DNA of 64,000 nucleotides from the NCBI GenBank assembly GCA_964016885.1, contig OZ024742.1:78430001-78494000 (forward strand), written 5' to 3'. The notes under the pieces were generated by a model. The model was not told the origin of the DNA. It did no database searches and saw only the letters and a program-made list of their open reading frames with translations. This DNA is from Eledone cirrhosa. Lineage: Eukaryota. The translations under genes and the position numbers were made by a program. Below are positions 36,661-50,083 of this stretch, one piece after another. The first letter of the stretch is position 1, and the number at the start of each line of letters is the position of its first letter.

Positions 36661-37039
36661 ATCATCATCATTTTACCTCTGCTTTTCCCTGCTTGCAAGG
36701 GTGGGAGGGGAACTGATTCTGGCTTGATTTCTACAGCTAGATGCCCTTCCTAACACCAACCTCATTTACAGTGAGTGATGGGTGCTTTCTTTCCGTGGCG
36801 CCTACACGTCCACTTTACAGTGTGGGCTGGGTGCTTTTTTGCTGTGGCACCTCCATGACCACTTTGCAGTGGAATGATAAGGAACCCAGTCCTATCATCT
36901 CATTTCTACAGGTGAGTAAACTCGAGCAATGTGAAATAAAGGTCTTGCTCAAGGAAACAACACATCACCCGGTCTGAGAATTGAACTCACAACGTTTCAA
37001 TTGCAAGGCCAATGCTGTAACCACTAAGCCATGTGCCTC
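36661..37039 (-). mobile_element. SINE family 2 copy
   Basis: Reverse complement of 27027-27375 with one extra internal sub-repeat. Confidence 0.85.
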
Positions 37040-37075
37040 AATATATATATATTTATATAAAAATACACACACATG

Positions 37076-37218
<143 letters not shown>

Positions 37219-37380
37219 TATATATGTGGATTAACAATTACATTGTGAGTACAATAAGTTAGATTATAATGTGGTAAATGCAAATTAAGCAGAAGCCCTT
37301 TGTAGAACACGACATATATCTATACATATACTTGTATATACCTGTGCTATGTAAGTAGATAATGTATATATGTATGTATT

Positions 37381-37410
<30 letters not shown>

Positions 37411-37411
<1 letters not shown>

Positions 37412-38098
37412 CATCATCATCATCATCATCAACGTTTAACGTCCGTGTTCCACACTTGCATGGGTTTGGACGGGGGTTTCCCACTTGAGGCAAGAGTGAT
37501 TATCTTGCTCGCATAGGACTATCTGGCGGGTTTTCTACAGCTGGATGCCCTTCCTAACACCAACCACATTTACAGTGTGGGGCTGGGAGGTTTTTACCGT
37601 GTTGCCTACAAGGCCACATTACAGCGTGAACTGTGTGTTTTTTTGACTTGACACCTACACGATCTCATTTGTTTCGGCCTGGATGTTGTGGCACCAACAT
37701 AACTTTACATTGAAAGGGGCGGTGTGGATGGGGTGGGGGTGGTGGGACGGGGGTGTATTTTGTTAGAGGTGCCTACTGACTGTAGTAGGTTTTACTTTGT
37801 ATTTAGGTAAGGTGGGTCTTCTCTATTACTGAGTACCGCCAAGTGTGTGAGGTCGGAATTTATCAGCTCGTCCCAGGTTTTTCTGGGTCTGCCTATTCCG
37901 TGGCTACCATCTATCTTTATTGCCCTGCACTTTGTTATACAGCTATCGTCCTTCATGCGCATCACGTGACCATGCCAACGTAGCCTTCTCTCGAGTAAAC
38001 AACATCTGATCCCTCTTATTTCTAATTTTTTCCTTAGTTCGTTTATGCTTTGCCGTTCACGTATATTACTATTACACATCCAGCGGAGCATGCAAGCT
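37411..38098 (-). mobile_element. RTE family A, 5'-truncated copy
   Basis: MLRWMCNSNIRERQ...GRPRKTW plus 3' UTR and (tga)n. Confidence 0.93.
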
Positions 38099-38112
38099 TA
38101 TATATATATATA

Positions 38113-39033
38113 CGGAAAGTACAGTAGCTGGAGTCAGAACTGGATGGAAAAAGTTCAGAGAGCTTATACCACTATTAGCCGCTAAAGGGTTCTCCCTAAA
38201 AATGAAAGGCAGGCTGTATGATGCCTGCATACGAACAGCAACGTTGCATGGCAGTGAGACCTGGGCATTGTGTGCAGAGGATATACGCAGACTAGAGAGG
38301 AACGAAGCTTGCATGCTCCGCTGGATGTGTAATAGTAATATACGTGAACGGCAAAGCATAAACGAACTAAGGGAAAAATTAGAAATAAGAGCGATCTGAT
38401 GTTGTTTACTCGAGAGAAGGCTACGTTGGTATGGTCACGTGATGCGCATGAAAGACGACAGCTGTATAAAAAAGTGCAGGGCAATAAAGATAGACGGTAG
38501 CCATGGAGTAGGCAGACCCAGAAAAACCTGGGACGACCTGATAAATTCCGACCTCACACACTTACACCTCTCCAAGACAATGTCACTGGACCGAGATCTT
38601 TGGCGGTACTCAGTAATAGAGAAGACACGCCTTACCTAAATACAAAGTAAAACCTACTACAGTCAGTAGGCATCTCTAACAAAATACACCCCCGTCCCAC
38701 CACCCCCACCCCATCCACGCCGCCCCTTTCTATGTAAAGTTATGTTGGTGCCACAACATCCAGGCCAAAACAAATGAGATCGTGTAGGTGTCACGACAAA
38801 AAAACACACAGTCCACGCTGTAATGTGGCCGTGTAGGCAACACGGTAAAAACCTCCGAGTCCCACACTGTAGATGTGGTTGGTGTTAGGAAGGGCATCCA
38901 GCTGTAGAAAACCCGCCAGACAGACCTATGCGAGCAAGACAACCACTCTTGCCTCAAGTGGGAAAACTCCCGTCCAAACCCATGCAAGCGTGGAACATGC
39001 ACATTAAACGATGATGATGATGATGATGATGAT
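38113..39033 (+). mobile_element. RTE family A, 5'-truncated copy, head-to-head with the previous one
   Basis: MKGRLYDACIRT...TRLT plus 3' UTR and (gat)n; separated from the minus copy by (TA)7. Confidence 0.93.
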
Positions 39034-39393
39034 ATATATTTATGCAGATTCACAAATATATGTATATATATATATTTATGCAGATTCACAAATATATGTA
39101 TATACATATATTTACATAGATATTGTTATGTATGCCGATACATACATAATACTGTGTAGATTTGTATATAGACACATAAATATACCATATTGAGATATAT
39201 CCCCTGCACATGAAAATGTTCAATGTACATGGAAATAAATAAATATGACATGTTTACATATGTTGATTCACAAATTTACCCAGTCTCATTTGTACTTATA
39301 TGGATACTTATTTATCATATATTTTGATAGCTTAAGGGGTCATACTTTTTCCTATATATATATATAGATACACAGACATATCTGTGTGTGTAT

Positions 39394-39426
<33 letters not shown>

Positions 39427-39454
39427 GTGTGTGTTATATATACACATATATATG

Positions 39455-39517
<63 letters not shown>

Positions 39518-39756
39518 CATATATGAGTGTGTTATATATAGTCTCATTTGTACTTATATGGATACTTATTTATCATATATTTTGATAGCTTAATGCAATA
39601 ATAAAATATGTATAGTTTGACAGAGATACTGGTAGAAATTTTGCAGTTGCCTTTTGTATGTGTTTTTGTGTTACACATATATATATATATATATATATAA
39701 TTATATATATATATATATAATATATAAGAACAAAAGATGGTTAAAAGAGTTCCATG

Positions 39757-39827
39757 TATTTTATTATGCGCATTTCAAAAACAAATATCATCATGCAATA
39801 ATATTTGTGTTTTCATCAGATAAAACA
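39757..39827 (-). ncRNA. Type-I hammerhead ribozyme (left arm)
   Basis: tgttttat CTGATGA aaacacaaatatt...gatatttgttttt GAAA tgcgca TA ataaaata. Confidence 0.82.
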
Positions 39828-39939
39828 GGAGGACATGATATGAAGGTTAAAAAACACTTGTGGATAGTTCAGTTTTAAATATGTTGATTTAAAACTGAAC
39901 TATCTACAAGTGTTTTTTAACCTTCATATCATGTCCTCC

Positions 39940-40010
39940 TGTTTTATCTGATGAAAACACAAATATTATTGCATGATGATATTTGTTTTTGAAATACGCA
40001 TAATAAAATA
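39940..40010 (+). ncRNA. Type-I hammerhead ribozyme (right arm)
   Basis: tgttttat CTGATGA aaacacaaatatt...gatatttgttttt GAAA tacgca TA ataaaata. Confidence 0.8.
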
Positions 40011-40241
40011 CATGGAACTCTTTTAACCATCTTTTGTTCTTATATATTATGTATACTCCAGTCCTACAAACTGTAGAGTGCTTCTTATCCGATATCTGCT
40101 TTGCTTTATTGTACTACAATAAAACTCACCTCCTACATATATATATATATATATGTATGTGTATTATATATATATATATATATATGTATGTGTATTATAT
40201 ATATGTATGTGTATTATATATATATATATATGTATGTGTAT

Positions 40242-40300
<59 letters not shown>

Positions 40301-40312
40301 CTGTGTGTATTC

Positions 40313-40343
<31 letters not shown>

Positions 40344-40371
40344 CTGTGTGTGTATTATATATATATATAAA

Positions 40372-40413
<42 letters not shown>

Positions 40414-40537
40414 TACATATATATATGTATATATGTGTGTGTTATATATACACATATATATGTGTGTGTGTTATATATACACATATATATGTGTTATATA
40501 TATATATATATATATGTATGTATATATGTGTTATATA

Positions 40538-40569
<32 letters not shown>

Positions 40570-40884
40570 CGTGTGTCTTTATGACTTTGTTTTTGTTATT
40601 TACATTGTATTTTTATGTCCCATAACTTAGTAGTTTGATAAATAGAGAATTATAAAACAAGTACTAGATTGATATATCTACTGAAACCTGTAATATACAG
40701 ACATACATCTACACACTTAGGCATGCCTGTGTAGTTCAGAAATGTGTGTCATAATTACATGTTATTGGGTTCTATCTTACTGAATAGCAACTTAATCTTC
40801 TAGTATAGCTTCAAGCCTTTTGAGTAAGCTTGGTAGGTGGAACTCAGGCAGAATCTAATGGTGTGTGAGTGTATATATATATAG

Positions 40885-41340
40885 TGACAAAACATAAGTC
40901 AATTGCATGAACTCATAATCCTTTATTTACTGCTATATATATTTCGATGATAGCCATTGAATGGCTATGACCTCATCAGGCAGTTAGTCAGTTCTTGGAT
41001 ATGCCAGCTCTGTGTTTATGTGTTGATGGTATCAGAGCCTTGGGACATATGTGCTTGTTAGGGATAATTTAATGTTGTCAGCAGGAATAATCTTAATTCT
41101 CATTGGTCAGTTTGTAGATGTTAGTATGGTTGGTATTTGACCTCAAAGAGGCAGGTGGTGTTGTAAAGTTCAAACCATCAGGCAAGATGACAATAGTTCC
41201 ATATGACTGATTTTCACAAAAAGCATTCCTGGTCAGATATATATTCAATTGAGGTTTATAGTATAAAATTCGATACTACAGGTAATTCTTAAATTGAGGA
41301 ATTTATGTGGGGTGGTACTACTGAAAATTATGGTTAGAGT
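40885..41340 (-). mobile_element. PLE 3'-end relic with pLTR
   Basis: Decayed ...ILPDGLN end, typical of GIY-YIG C-termini, followed by a canonical HHR and aataaa; TA flanks. Confidence 0.65.
40929..40984 (-). ncRNA. Type-I hammerhead ribozyme
   Basis: actgc CTGATGA ggtcatagccattcaatggctatcatc GAAA tatata TA gcagt. Confidence 0.85.
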
Positions 41341-41380
41341 CGAATACTATATATATATATATATATATCAATAATACTAT

Positions 41381-42269
41381 ATAGCTTCTGCTACCTAGGT
41401 GACCAAATTAGCAACGGAGGTGGGTGTTCAGAAAGTACAATAACTAGGGTAAGAACGGGATGGAAGAAGTTTAGGGAACTACTACCACTGCTAGTTGCAA
41501 AAGGCTTCTCCCTCAGAATGAAAGGCAGACTGTATGATGCGTGTATCCGAACAGCGATGTTGCATGGTAGTGAGACCTGGGCACTGAAGGTGGAAGACTT
41601 ACGTAGATTAGAGAGAAACGAAGCCTGCATGCTCCGATGGATGTGTAACAGTAATATACGTGAACGACAAAGCATATATGAATTGAGAGAGAGACTGAGC
41701 ATAAGAGGAATCAAATGCTGTGTGCAGGAGAGGCAGATGCGTTGGTATGGACATGTGATGCGTATGAAGGATGACAGCTGCATAAAAAGGTGCAGAGCAC
41801 TAGAAGTTGATGGAAACCGCGGAGTGGGGAGACCCAAGATGACCTGGGATGAGGTGATAAAAGCCGACCTTACCCAATTACACCTCTCAAAGACAATGAC
41901 ACACGACCGTGACTTCTGGCGTCACGCAGTAATACAGAGTACCCGACCCCCCATGGGTACATGCTGAAGCATATAAACAATATGCCCCCACACCCCCCAC
42001 CGCAAGGTGGTCGTGGAGGTGCCACGGCAAAAAAGCACCCATCCCACACTGTAAAGTGGATGTGTAGGCGCCACGAAAAAGCACCCAGCACTCACTGTAA
42101 ATGAGGTTGGTGTTAGGAAGGGCATCCAGCTGTAGAAATCAAGCCAGATCAGTTCCTGTATGAGCAAGGCATGGTCAGCCGACCAGACACTGCACACAAC
42201 AGGACAACCCATCTAACCCATGCTAGCGTGGAAGAACGGACATAAAACGGTGATGATGATGATGATGAT
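41381..42269 (+). mobile_element. RTE family B (sister of A), 5'-truncated
   Basis: SFCYLGDQIS...MKGRLYDACIRTAMLHGSETW...GRPKMTW; distinct 3' UTR; (gat)n tail. Confidence 0.92.
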
Positions 42270-42592
42270 CAATAATATTAATAAATCGAAAATATCCTTA
42301 TAAAACCATATTTATTTTATTATATATATTTCAAGGGTACCAAAATCTTTGGTACGCTCTCATCAGATAAAATACAAAACTTGTTTTATAGATAGTGACA
42401 TATCCAAATACAAGAACTTATCGTTTTAAGTTCTGTTTGAATAGTTCTATTCAAACAGAACTTAAAACGATAAGTTCTTGTTTTTGGATATGTCATATTT
42501 GGAGCGTAGCAAAGATTTTGGTACCCTTGAAATAAATATAATAAAATAAATATGGTTTTATAAAGATTGTTTCCATTTATTAATATTATTGA
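42269..42592. mobile_element. Nested fold-back mini-element (inner arms 42396-42444 and 42447-42495; outer arms ~42269-42359 and 42502-42592)
   Basis: Centre ttgaatag tt ctattcaa. The outer right arm begins at HHR stem II. Confidence 0.85.
42313..42374 (-). ncRNA. Type-I hammerhead ribozyme
   Basis: tattttat CTGATGA gagcgtacca aagattt tggtaccctt GAAA tatata TA ataaaata. Confidence 0.85.
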
Positions 42593-43089
42593 TATTATTC
42601 TCCAGAAGATAGCTGTAGAGGGCTTCAAATATGTTATAAACAAATTTGTTGAATAACCAACAAATTAAATAACTCTTTGCTGTATATATATATATATATA
42701 GAGAGAGAGAGATGTGTAAAGTCCCGACTGTGGCGTCAAGCAGTTTTGGCTTGTGTGCCGGAATTTTGCACATATCTATACCCACTCTACATCTCCCCAT
42801 GTATCAAGTACTCACATGATTAGTGGTCCCCTTGGTCTCTCTCTCTCTCTCTATATATATATATTCAACATCATGAAGGCTAAAATGTGAGTCTTGTTAC
42901 TATGGAGTTTTGCCTGTTTATCCTAAGGTCATCAGACTAATATTTAAATATACATATATATATATATGTGTGTGTATTTATATAGTTATCATCATCGTCA
43001 TTTGTATGTCCACTTCCCATGCTGCACGCATTGGCTAGGTTACTATGGTCTAAGTCAGTTCTTATTTGGGGTTACTTCTAAAATCCTCA

Positions 43090-43600
43090 AATATTTTTAG
43101 GTAATTTCCATTTTGTGATACAATATGACCCTTTTTCTGGTTGTATGCAATACATTTGTTTCAGCAGCCCATGCCACCCTTTGTAACAACAGCTGTACCT
43201 TTTTGCAGGTGTCTGATAACAGTACGATATCATCTGTAAAATCAGCATCAGTTATTGTTATTTCAGGTTGTCTGAGAGTAAAAGCAAAGAACCTTCCAGC
43301 TGTTATCAGATTCATTGATTTTAGTCCCATAGTTTTTGGTTCCATTCATCATGGAAAACTTGAACAAACAATGAAAGCATATGGACTTTTGTTGCAGCAG
43401 TAGGTGCTCTCTACAACTGAACAGGTGCAAAAGTACTGTCGCCTGATGGTGACACAAACTCTTTGAAACTGAAAGTGGGCATTCTTCAAGGAGATACATT
43501 AGCTCCGTTTCCCTTGATATTAATACGTGACTATGCAATGAGACAATCATTATATCCTGCTCATTAAGCAGGATTCACACTACATCCTTGACTTAGCTGT
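43090..43600. pseudogene. Decayed LINE RT fragment with internal inversion
   Basis: Plus strand PDGDT...VGILQGDTLAPF (~43440-43540); minus strand ITDADFTDDIVLLSD (~43215-43265). Confidence 0.75.
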
Positions 43601-44419
43601 AAAATACTGTTTCAAAAATTCTTATTCAAAACATGCTAAGACTTAAAAACAAAGCTCAGAATGATAATACACACATATTTCCATGGAAAATATATACACA
43701 CTTCCATATGAACATACACTCACATTGCCATATGAACATACACACATTTCTATTTGAAGACACACAAATACACACAAACGTTTCCATATGAACATATACA
43801 CATACACATTTCCATATTAACACACATACACACATGTATTGGATTGTCTCTATCAGCAATATTTTTATGTTTAAAAAAAATCAATAACTGTTAATGATAC
43901 CTAGATAAATTCATTTATTGCCAAATAAATAACAAAAAGGAAAACAGTGGTACCTTGGACAGTACAACGCCTTGTCTTATATCTTGTATAGTTGCCAGTG
44001 CTACTCTTTTATTGCTTTAAGTCATTTGACTGCTGCAGTAATGGTGTAATTTCTTCAAAGGTAATATTTCATTAGACTGAACTCCTGCACCTTTTTTTGT
44101 ACTTATTTTATTGATCTCAGAAGTGGAGGAAGAAGACAAGAGGAAAAATCAACCAAGCTTGAATTGATGTAACCAAGATGAAACTAAATACCAAAAGTAT
44201 GTTTTGGTCCTGTGACCTGACAAGGTAACTCCCAATAAGAACTGACTATTACAACCCATCAATCCTGTGCCAAAATAGATAGGGAACATAGAATTATGAT
44301 AATGATGATGATACTGTTTCTGTTTAACACAAATTATATCCTCTGCTGCCAGTATACATACATATTTACATACAAAAAAAATACATACATGTGTGTGAGT
44401 ATGTGTGCATTCATATAGA

Positions 44420-44710
44420 CATCATCATCACTGTTTAACATCCATTTTTCCATGCTAGCATGGGTTAGACAAGTTATTCAATTGTGAGTCAAATCAGATC
44501 AGGTCTTGCTCATACAGAACTGTTTCTGGCTTGGTTTCTATGACTGGATGCCAACTACATTTATAGTGTGGACTGGGTACTTTTTATTGTGGCACCAAAA
44601 TGACCGCTTTACAGTGTGGCCTGGGCACTATTTGTCATGACACCAACATAACCACTTTACATTGTAGACTGCAGATTTTGTTTTGACACCAAAATGACCA
44701 CTTTACATCT
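44420..44710 (-). mobile_element. Old RTE-tail-related repeat with tandem sub-repeats
   Basis: catcatcatcac...ccatgctagcatgggttagac...ctggatgcc, then several (acc)actttaca(g)tgt units. Confidence 0.6.
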
Positions 44711-45723
44711 ATATATAAATACATGACTATACCCTACAACAAGCATTGCTTACTCTTTCTATCATTTGTTAAAACTAAAGTATATATATTTCCACATGCA
44801 CATACATAGTTTACTGAGTTTAAAATGGGAGGTTCTATTACAGTTTCATACAAGGTTTGCATTAACCCACAAGAAGTTATTTGCCAAATATTGTTGCATA
44901 GTGGGACTGAACACAGACCTTCAGAATTGTGAAGCAACTTCTTCTTGCATAGAAAGCCATGTCTCTCAGTAATACTCTTCTTTTCACATCACCTATGGAA
45001 GTAATCAACGCCAAATAAAATGTTATGAAGTAGAATAGGTAAAAGAAAAGAAAAAAAAAACAGATCGGCCACCTTGGTTTCTATATAATTAGTATGACAT
45101 GTTATACCCTCTAGCAATGGGTGATAGTATGTCCTTCAGTAAGATAAATTACTTCTTTTGCCAACTGAAAAAAAAAAAAATCAATAATGTGATTTCTGCC
45201 ATTAAATTGACTTCAAGTTCAAATATTAAATTATATCCAGTCTAGTGACAAACACAGATCTTCAGTGATCTTCAGCAAGTGATTTAACTCCTCTTTCTTC
45301 TTTAAAACGTCAGTGATTCATAAACAATGGGGATGTCAAGAGATGTAAGAACATTTACTACAGTAGGCACAGTGTAGTTGTGATATTCTTTCTCATTTTA
45401 CAACAGGTGTTGCTTTACGTCCTTGAGGTAGTAGGTTTCACTTGCTTGCCTCTTAATGAAATCAATAAATGATGTGTGCATATGTATGATTGTTATTCCA
45501 CAACCTGCACTTGTTGACCTTAAGTGGACATAGATCAATCTTAAGGAACTGTGCTGACCACCTGAAAACAAAGGGTAATACTAATTCCTGCATCTGAAAG
45601 TATAATTTACAACACACATAAGGCTAATCATTTTTCTTTCTCCACTCTCCTATCTCCACCACCGGATCTTGTTACCCAGAGATTTACCCATCTGCATTGT
45701 AGAGGCTTCCAAACGACTTAAAG

Positions 45724-45829
<106 letters not shown>

Positions 45830-45832
45830 GTG

Positions 45833-45903
<71 letters not shown>

Positions 45904-45988
45904 GTGTGTATATATATATGTGTATATATATATATGTATATATATATGTGTATATATATATATGTATATATATATATGTATATATATG

Positions 45989-46025
<37 letters not shown>

Positions 46026-46056
46026 GTATATATATATATGTATATGTATATATATA

Positions 46057-46645
46057 TCATCATCATCATCATCATCATCGTTTAACGTCCATCTTCCACG
46101 CTTGCATGGGTTTGGACAGGGGTTTTCCCACTTGAGGCAAGATTGTTTGTCCCGCTCGTATAGGACTGTCTGGCGGGTTTTCAACGTCTGGATGCCCTTC
46201 CTAACACCAACCACGTTTACAGTGTGGACTGGGAGGTTTTTACCGTGTTACCTACACGGCCACATTACAGCGTGGACTGTGTGTTTTTTGTCGTGACACG
46301 TACACGTCTGGCGGGTTTTCTACGGCTGGGTGCCCTTCCCAACACCAACCACGTTTACAGTGTGTACTGGGAGGCTTTTACCGTGTTACCTACACGGCCA
46401 CATTACAGCGTGGACTGTGTGTTTTTTGTCGTGACACCTACACGACCTCATTTGTTTCGGATTGGATGTTGTGGTACCATCATAACTTCATATTTAAGGG
46501 GGTGGTGTGGATGGAGTGGGGGTAGTGGGACGGGGGTGTATTTTGTTTGAGGTGCCTACTGACTGTAGGTTTCGCTTTGTACTTAGGCAAGGCGGGTCTT
46601 CTGTATAACTGTGTAGCGCCAAAGATCTCGGTCCAATGACATTGG
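46057..46645 (-). mobile_element. RTE family A-like 3' fragment with ~135-bp internal duplication, next to (TA)n at 45726-46056
   Basis: Homologous to 32352-32810. Confidence 0.88.
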
Positions 46646-48905
46646 TAATTAAATAAACGTATATAAATAAATAAATACGTATATAACAAGCGCACACACA
46701 TACCTACATGTAAATACACCAATGTTCGGAGACGTACGTCAACCAAAATATGAAGTACACATATACACACACCCAACATGCGTACGAACCCGCATACTCA
46801 CACAGACGCAAAACTCCCGTATACACATAAACAAAAGCATATGTACCAGAATATATAAAAATATACGCCATAACATATACAATCAAATATACGTACGAGA
46901 AAGTATACGTACCTCCACAAAACATACAGGTAATATATACTTACCTATGGAAATAAGTAATGGTATAAACATAACATATACTTAGCTACCACATCAAGAC
47001 GTAAAATATCCACGTATAGATCGTACTGTCCGTTAGGGTATAATGTGGGGCTGTAATACATGAAGGTTTTGTGCAATTTATGTTTACAAGCCGAAATTGC
47101 CTCAGATTTTTTGTTTAAGATGTGGTCTGTGGCGTAGAGTATTTCCAGGGCCTCAGCGGCGCAGAGGTCACATGGTCTTTTATTTCCGTTATACGATCTA
47201 GCCCTAGCTAGGATCTCCCAGTGTAACTTATATTGGGTGTGGTTGTCTTTTAGACTCCAGATATAAGCTGAAAGTGACGTCATATTCATTCTTAGAGGGT
47301 AACGAAAAGAATGGGTATGCATGTAAAGACGCTGCTTGAATCTATTGGCGGTTAACCCTATGTAGGCCCTACGGGACGTGGGTGTTTCAACCTTACATTT
47401 GTAGACAATGTTACTAGAGAGGCATTTCCCGGATAGGAGGCAATCAACCCGATTCCTACAATTACAGTTAGTACTACCTACAGGGTTGCACGTGTTCCTA
47501 CGGCTAGGTAGTTTAGTTAATTTGAAGCTGTGATGTTATGTGCAAGGTTAGGAGTCGTAGAGTAAAAAATTTTAATAGTATTTCTATTAAAAATTTTACT
47601 ATGTTTATGTGTAGGGGGAAAATGCTTCGTAATAAGGGATAGAAAGATCTTAGCTAATGGTGTGGCCACCTCCATATTATATGGTGGGTTATACCATATA
47701 ATGCGACGGGATATATTTCTTCTAAGTCTATTCTTGAACTCTGTATATGCTACCTTATCGAGAAATCCACTCCGAGCAAGAGCTTCATTGTAATAAGTGG
47801 AATGGTCGTTGAAAATATGATCGTTAGTAGATAGACGGGAAAGCCTCAACGAAACGTTTCTTACCAGGTTCTTGGTTATGCTGGCAGGATGGTTGGAATG
47901 CTTACTTATGTAATTAAGCGTATCATTCGGCTTTCTATACGGGTAATACAAGCCATTCGATAAATTGAGGGTAACGTCGAGGTAATTAACGACCGAGAGG
48001 TTGGCCTCAACCTGTATAGAGAGGTTGAAGCCTTTAAAGAAGGCTGTGAGTTCTTTTCTGAACCTGTCGCAAGCACGAGGGCCGCACTTAGTCATGGTCA
48101 AAAGACCATCATCACGGTACAAACCACCGCCCGCGTTGGGGAATTCGTCCTTGATAGAGAAAAGAAGGAAAAGGCCGATAAGATCAGTAACCTCCGCAGA
48201 ATCGCTGGCGCCCATACTCACATCGAATGGGGTACTATTGGATTTTTTAATCCAAATAGAGTCGTCGAAATTAATCACCGACTTACGGGCATTGAGGATG
48301 ACATCAACTTCGAAATCCTTAACCACTGTGAGTGTTTTAGCGAAATTGATAGCTCTAAGGAGAAGTGGTAAAGTGATGGAGGAGTAGTAATTATTGATGT
48401 CGAATTGGATAAAACGGAAATGTTCCTTGTTGCATATGCCGTTGAACCAATCAATCACCGCGAAAAAATTGTTTCACAGTGCAAGAGGGGCCAAACTTCT
48501 AATTTCAGGTATAATTCTATCAAGAATCCTTTTACTAAGTCTACCTAAATCGGACTTCGTAGGGTTAATAAGCCGAATAGAGGAGTGGTTCGGAAAATTG
48601 GATTTGTGATCCTTCAGGGTAAAGTGGGGAGAAATAGGGTCCTGAGGTTCGATCTGGTCCAGGAAGTTGAGATCAGAGGTGATTTTAAACCCAGCATCGT
48701 TGATTTCATTGATGACGCACCGATTAGTTTTACGGTAATCCTTAGTTACAGCATTATGTAGCAGTTGATGGTAAGTACTGCGCTCCACTTGATATAGGTT
48801 GCCAGTTTTGTCAGAATAGAGTGCACGGCATTAGAATCCTTAATAGAACGAATTCTATTCTTCAGGTCCTGCTGGAAGGAATTGCTCCTATTCCGAAATT
48901 TGATA
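46646..48905 (-). pseudogene. PLE C: RT+GIY-YIG with one in-frame TGA (48474) and a frameshift (~47520); 3' UTR cut off by an RTE fragment
   Basis: KDHK, RLINPTKSDLG, FIQFDINNYYSSI, FDVSMG, LYRDDGL, IIWYNPPY, CNC...NIVYKC...YIGLT, CDLC, LNKKSE, CKH. Confidence 0.92.
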
Positions 48906-49645
48906 CTCCCCTTAATCACACACACACTTCCGGAAAATAAAACGATGTAAATTCTCGCAACAAAAACAACCTGCTCTATAAAATTGGATTAAAGAACAGC
49001 AAGCTGTAATAATCTAACTTAATACATCAAGCATCCAATACTGAATCATCGTTGATTATGTGAAGAACATATAATCTATATATTACGTTTCCTGGATTGT
49101 GAAAATGGTGGTGTATACGAAAACCATAACATTATTTTGCTTCTCATTTTTAATATTTCTCTGCACACAAGCTTCTTTATCATACATAACAAATACTTTA
49201 CCAATACAACCCCCATAATACCCTTGATTGCCCGCTTAAAGTGCTTATATTGCATATAACACCTTGCCGCACAATAATCTCATATAAATAAGACACACGT
49301 GCATGCCCCACGTGTAACTATTGCATACACTAACTACTTCAAACTATCCTCTTGCATTATCTTCGTAAACTGCCGATGTTGTATTTTAACGTTAATTTTG
49401 TTTTAATTTTCTTTTAATATGATTTTAATTTTTGAATGTAAATTACCATGCTAAAATATTATAATGGATGTCACCCCACTGTGCATCGATATATACATAT
49501 GTTTCTGTATGTCTCTTGTGTTGGAAAGGAGGTCATGTATGTAAACAATCATTGAAAAATTCCTCCGAAGACACCAAACCTCAGTTTGGACGAAACAATT
49601 GTAGGCTAATAAATGGTTTGAACAGAACTTTGATTCATGTAATTT
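48905..49645 (+). mobile_element. HHR-terminated element, homologous to 62695-63415
   Basis: Shared actcccctta..cacacacacacttccgg, gattatgtgaa, aaggaggtcat and ctccgaaga..ccaaacctc.gtttgga.gaaaca; degenerate HHR at ~49561-49607. Confidence 0.75.
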
Positions 49646-49652
49646 CTCTCTC

Positions 49653-49682
49653 TATATATATATATGTATATATATATATGAA

Positions 49683-49717
<35 letters not shown>

Positions 49718-49719
49718 GA

Positions 49720-49752
<33 letters not shown>

Positions 49753-50043
49753 TGAATATATGTATATATATATATATATGTATGTATGTATATATATATA
49801 TATATATATATATGAATATATGTATATATATATATATATGTATGTATATATATAAATATATGTATATATATATATGAATATATGTATATATATATATATG
49901 TATATATATACATATGAATATATGTATATATATATATGTATATATATACATATGAATATATGTATATATATATATGTATATATATACATATGAATATATG
50001 TATATATATATATGTATATATATACATATGAATATATGTATAT

Positions 50044-50083
<40 letters not shown>

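Larger units (their letters stand above)
39717..40136. mobile_element. Fold-back mini-element: 164-bp arms (39717-39880 and 39887-40050), 6-nt loop, plus tail; one HHR per arm
   Basis: The arms differ at about 2 positions; embedded in (TA)n. Confidence 0.92.

Noticed and set aside
44560-44710. CRISPR-like repeat-spacer pattern
   Set aside because: Eukaryotic context, and the units are degenerate tandem sub-repeats of an RTE-type 3' UTR without unique spacers or cas genes.
48474-48476. In-frame TGA in PLE C as possible selenocysteine (as in some Naiad PLEs)
   Set aside because: It aligns with the Trp of KLWGKT in PLE A, so it is a TGG-to-TGA mutation. The element also has a frameshift and a C-terminal endonuclease, and I saw no SECIS.
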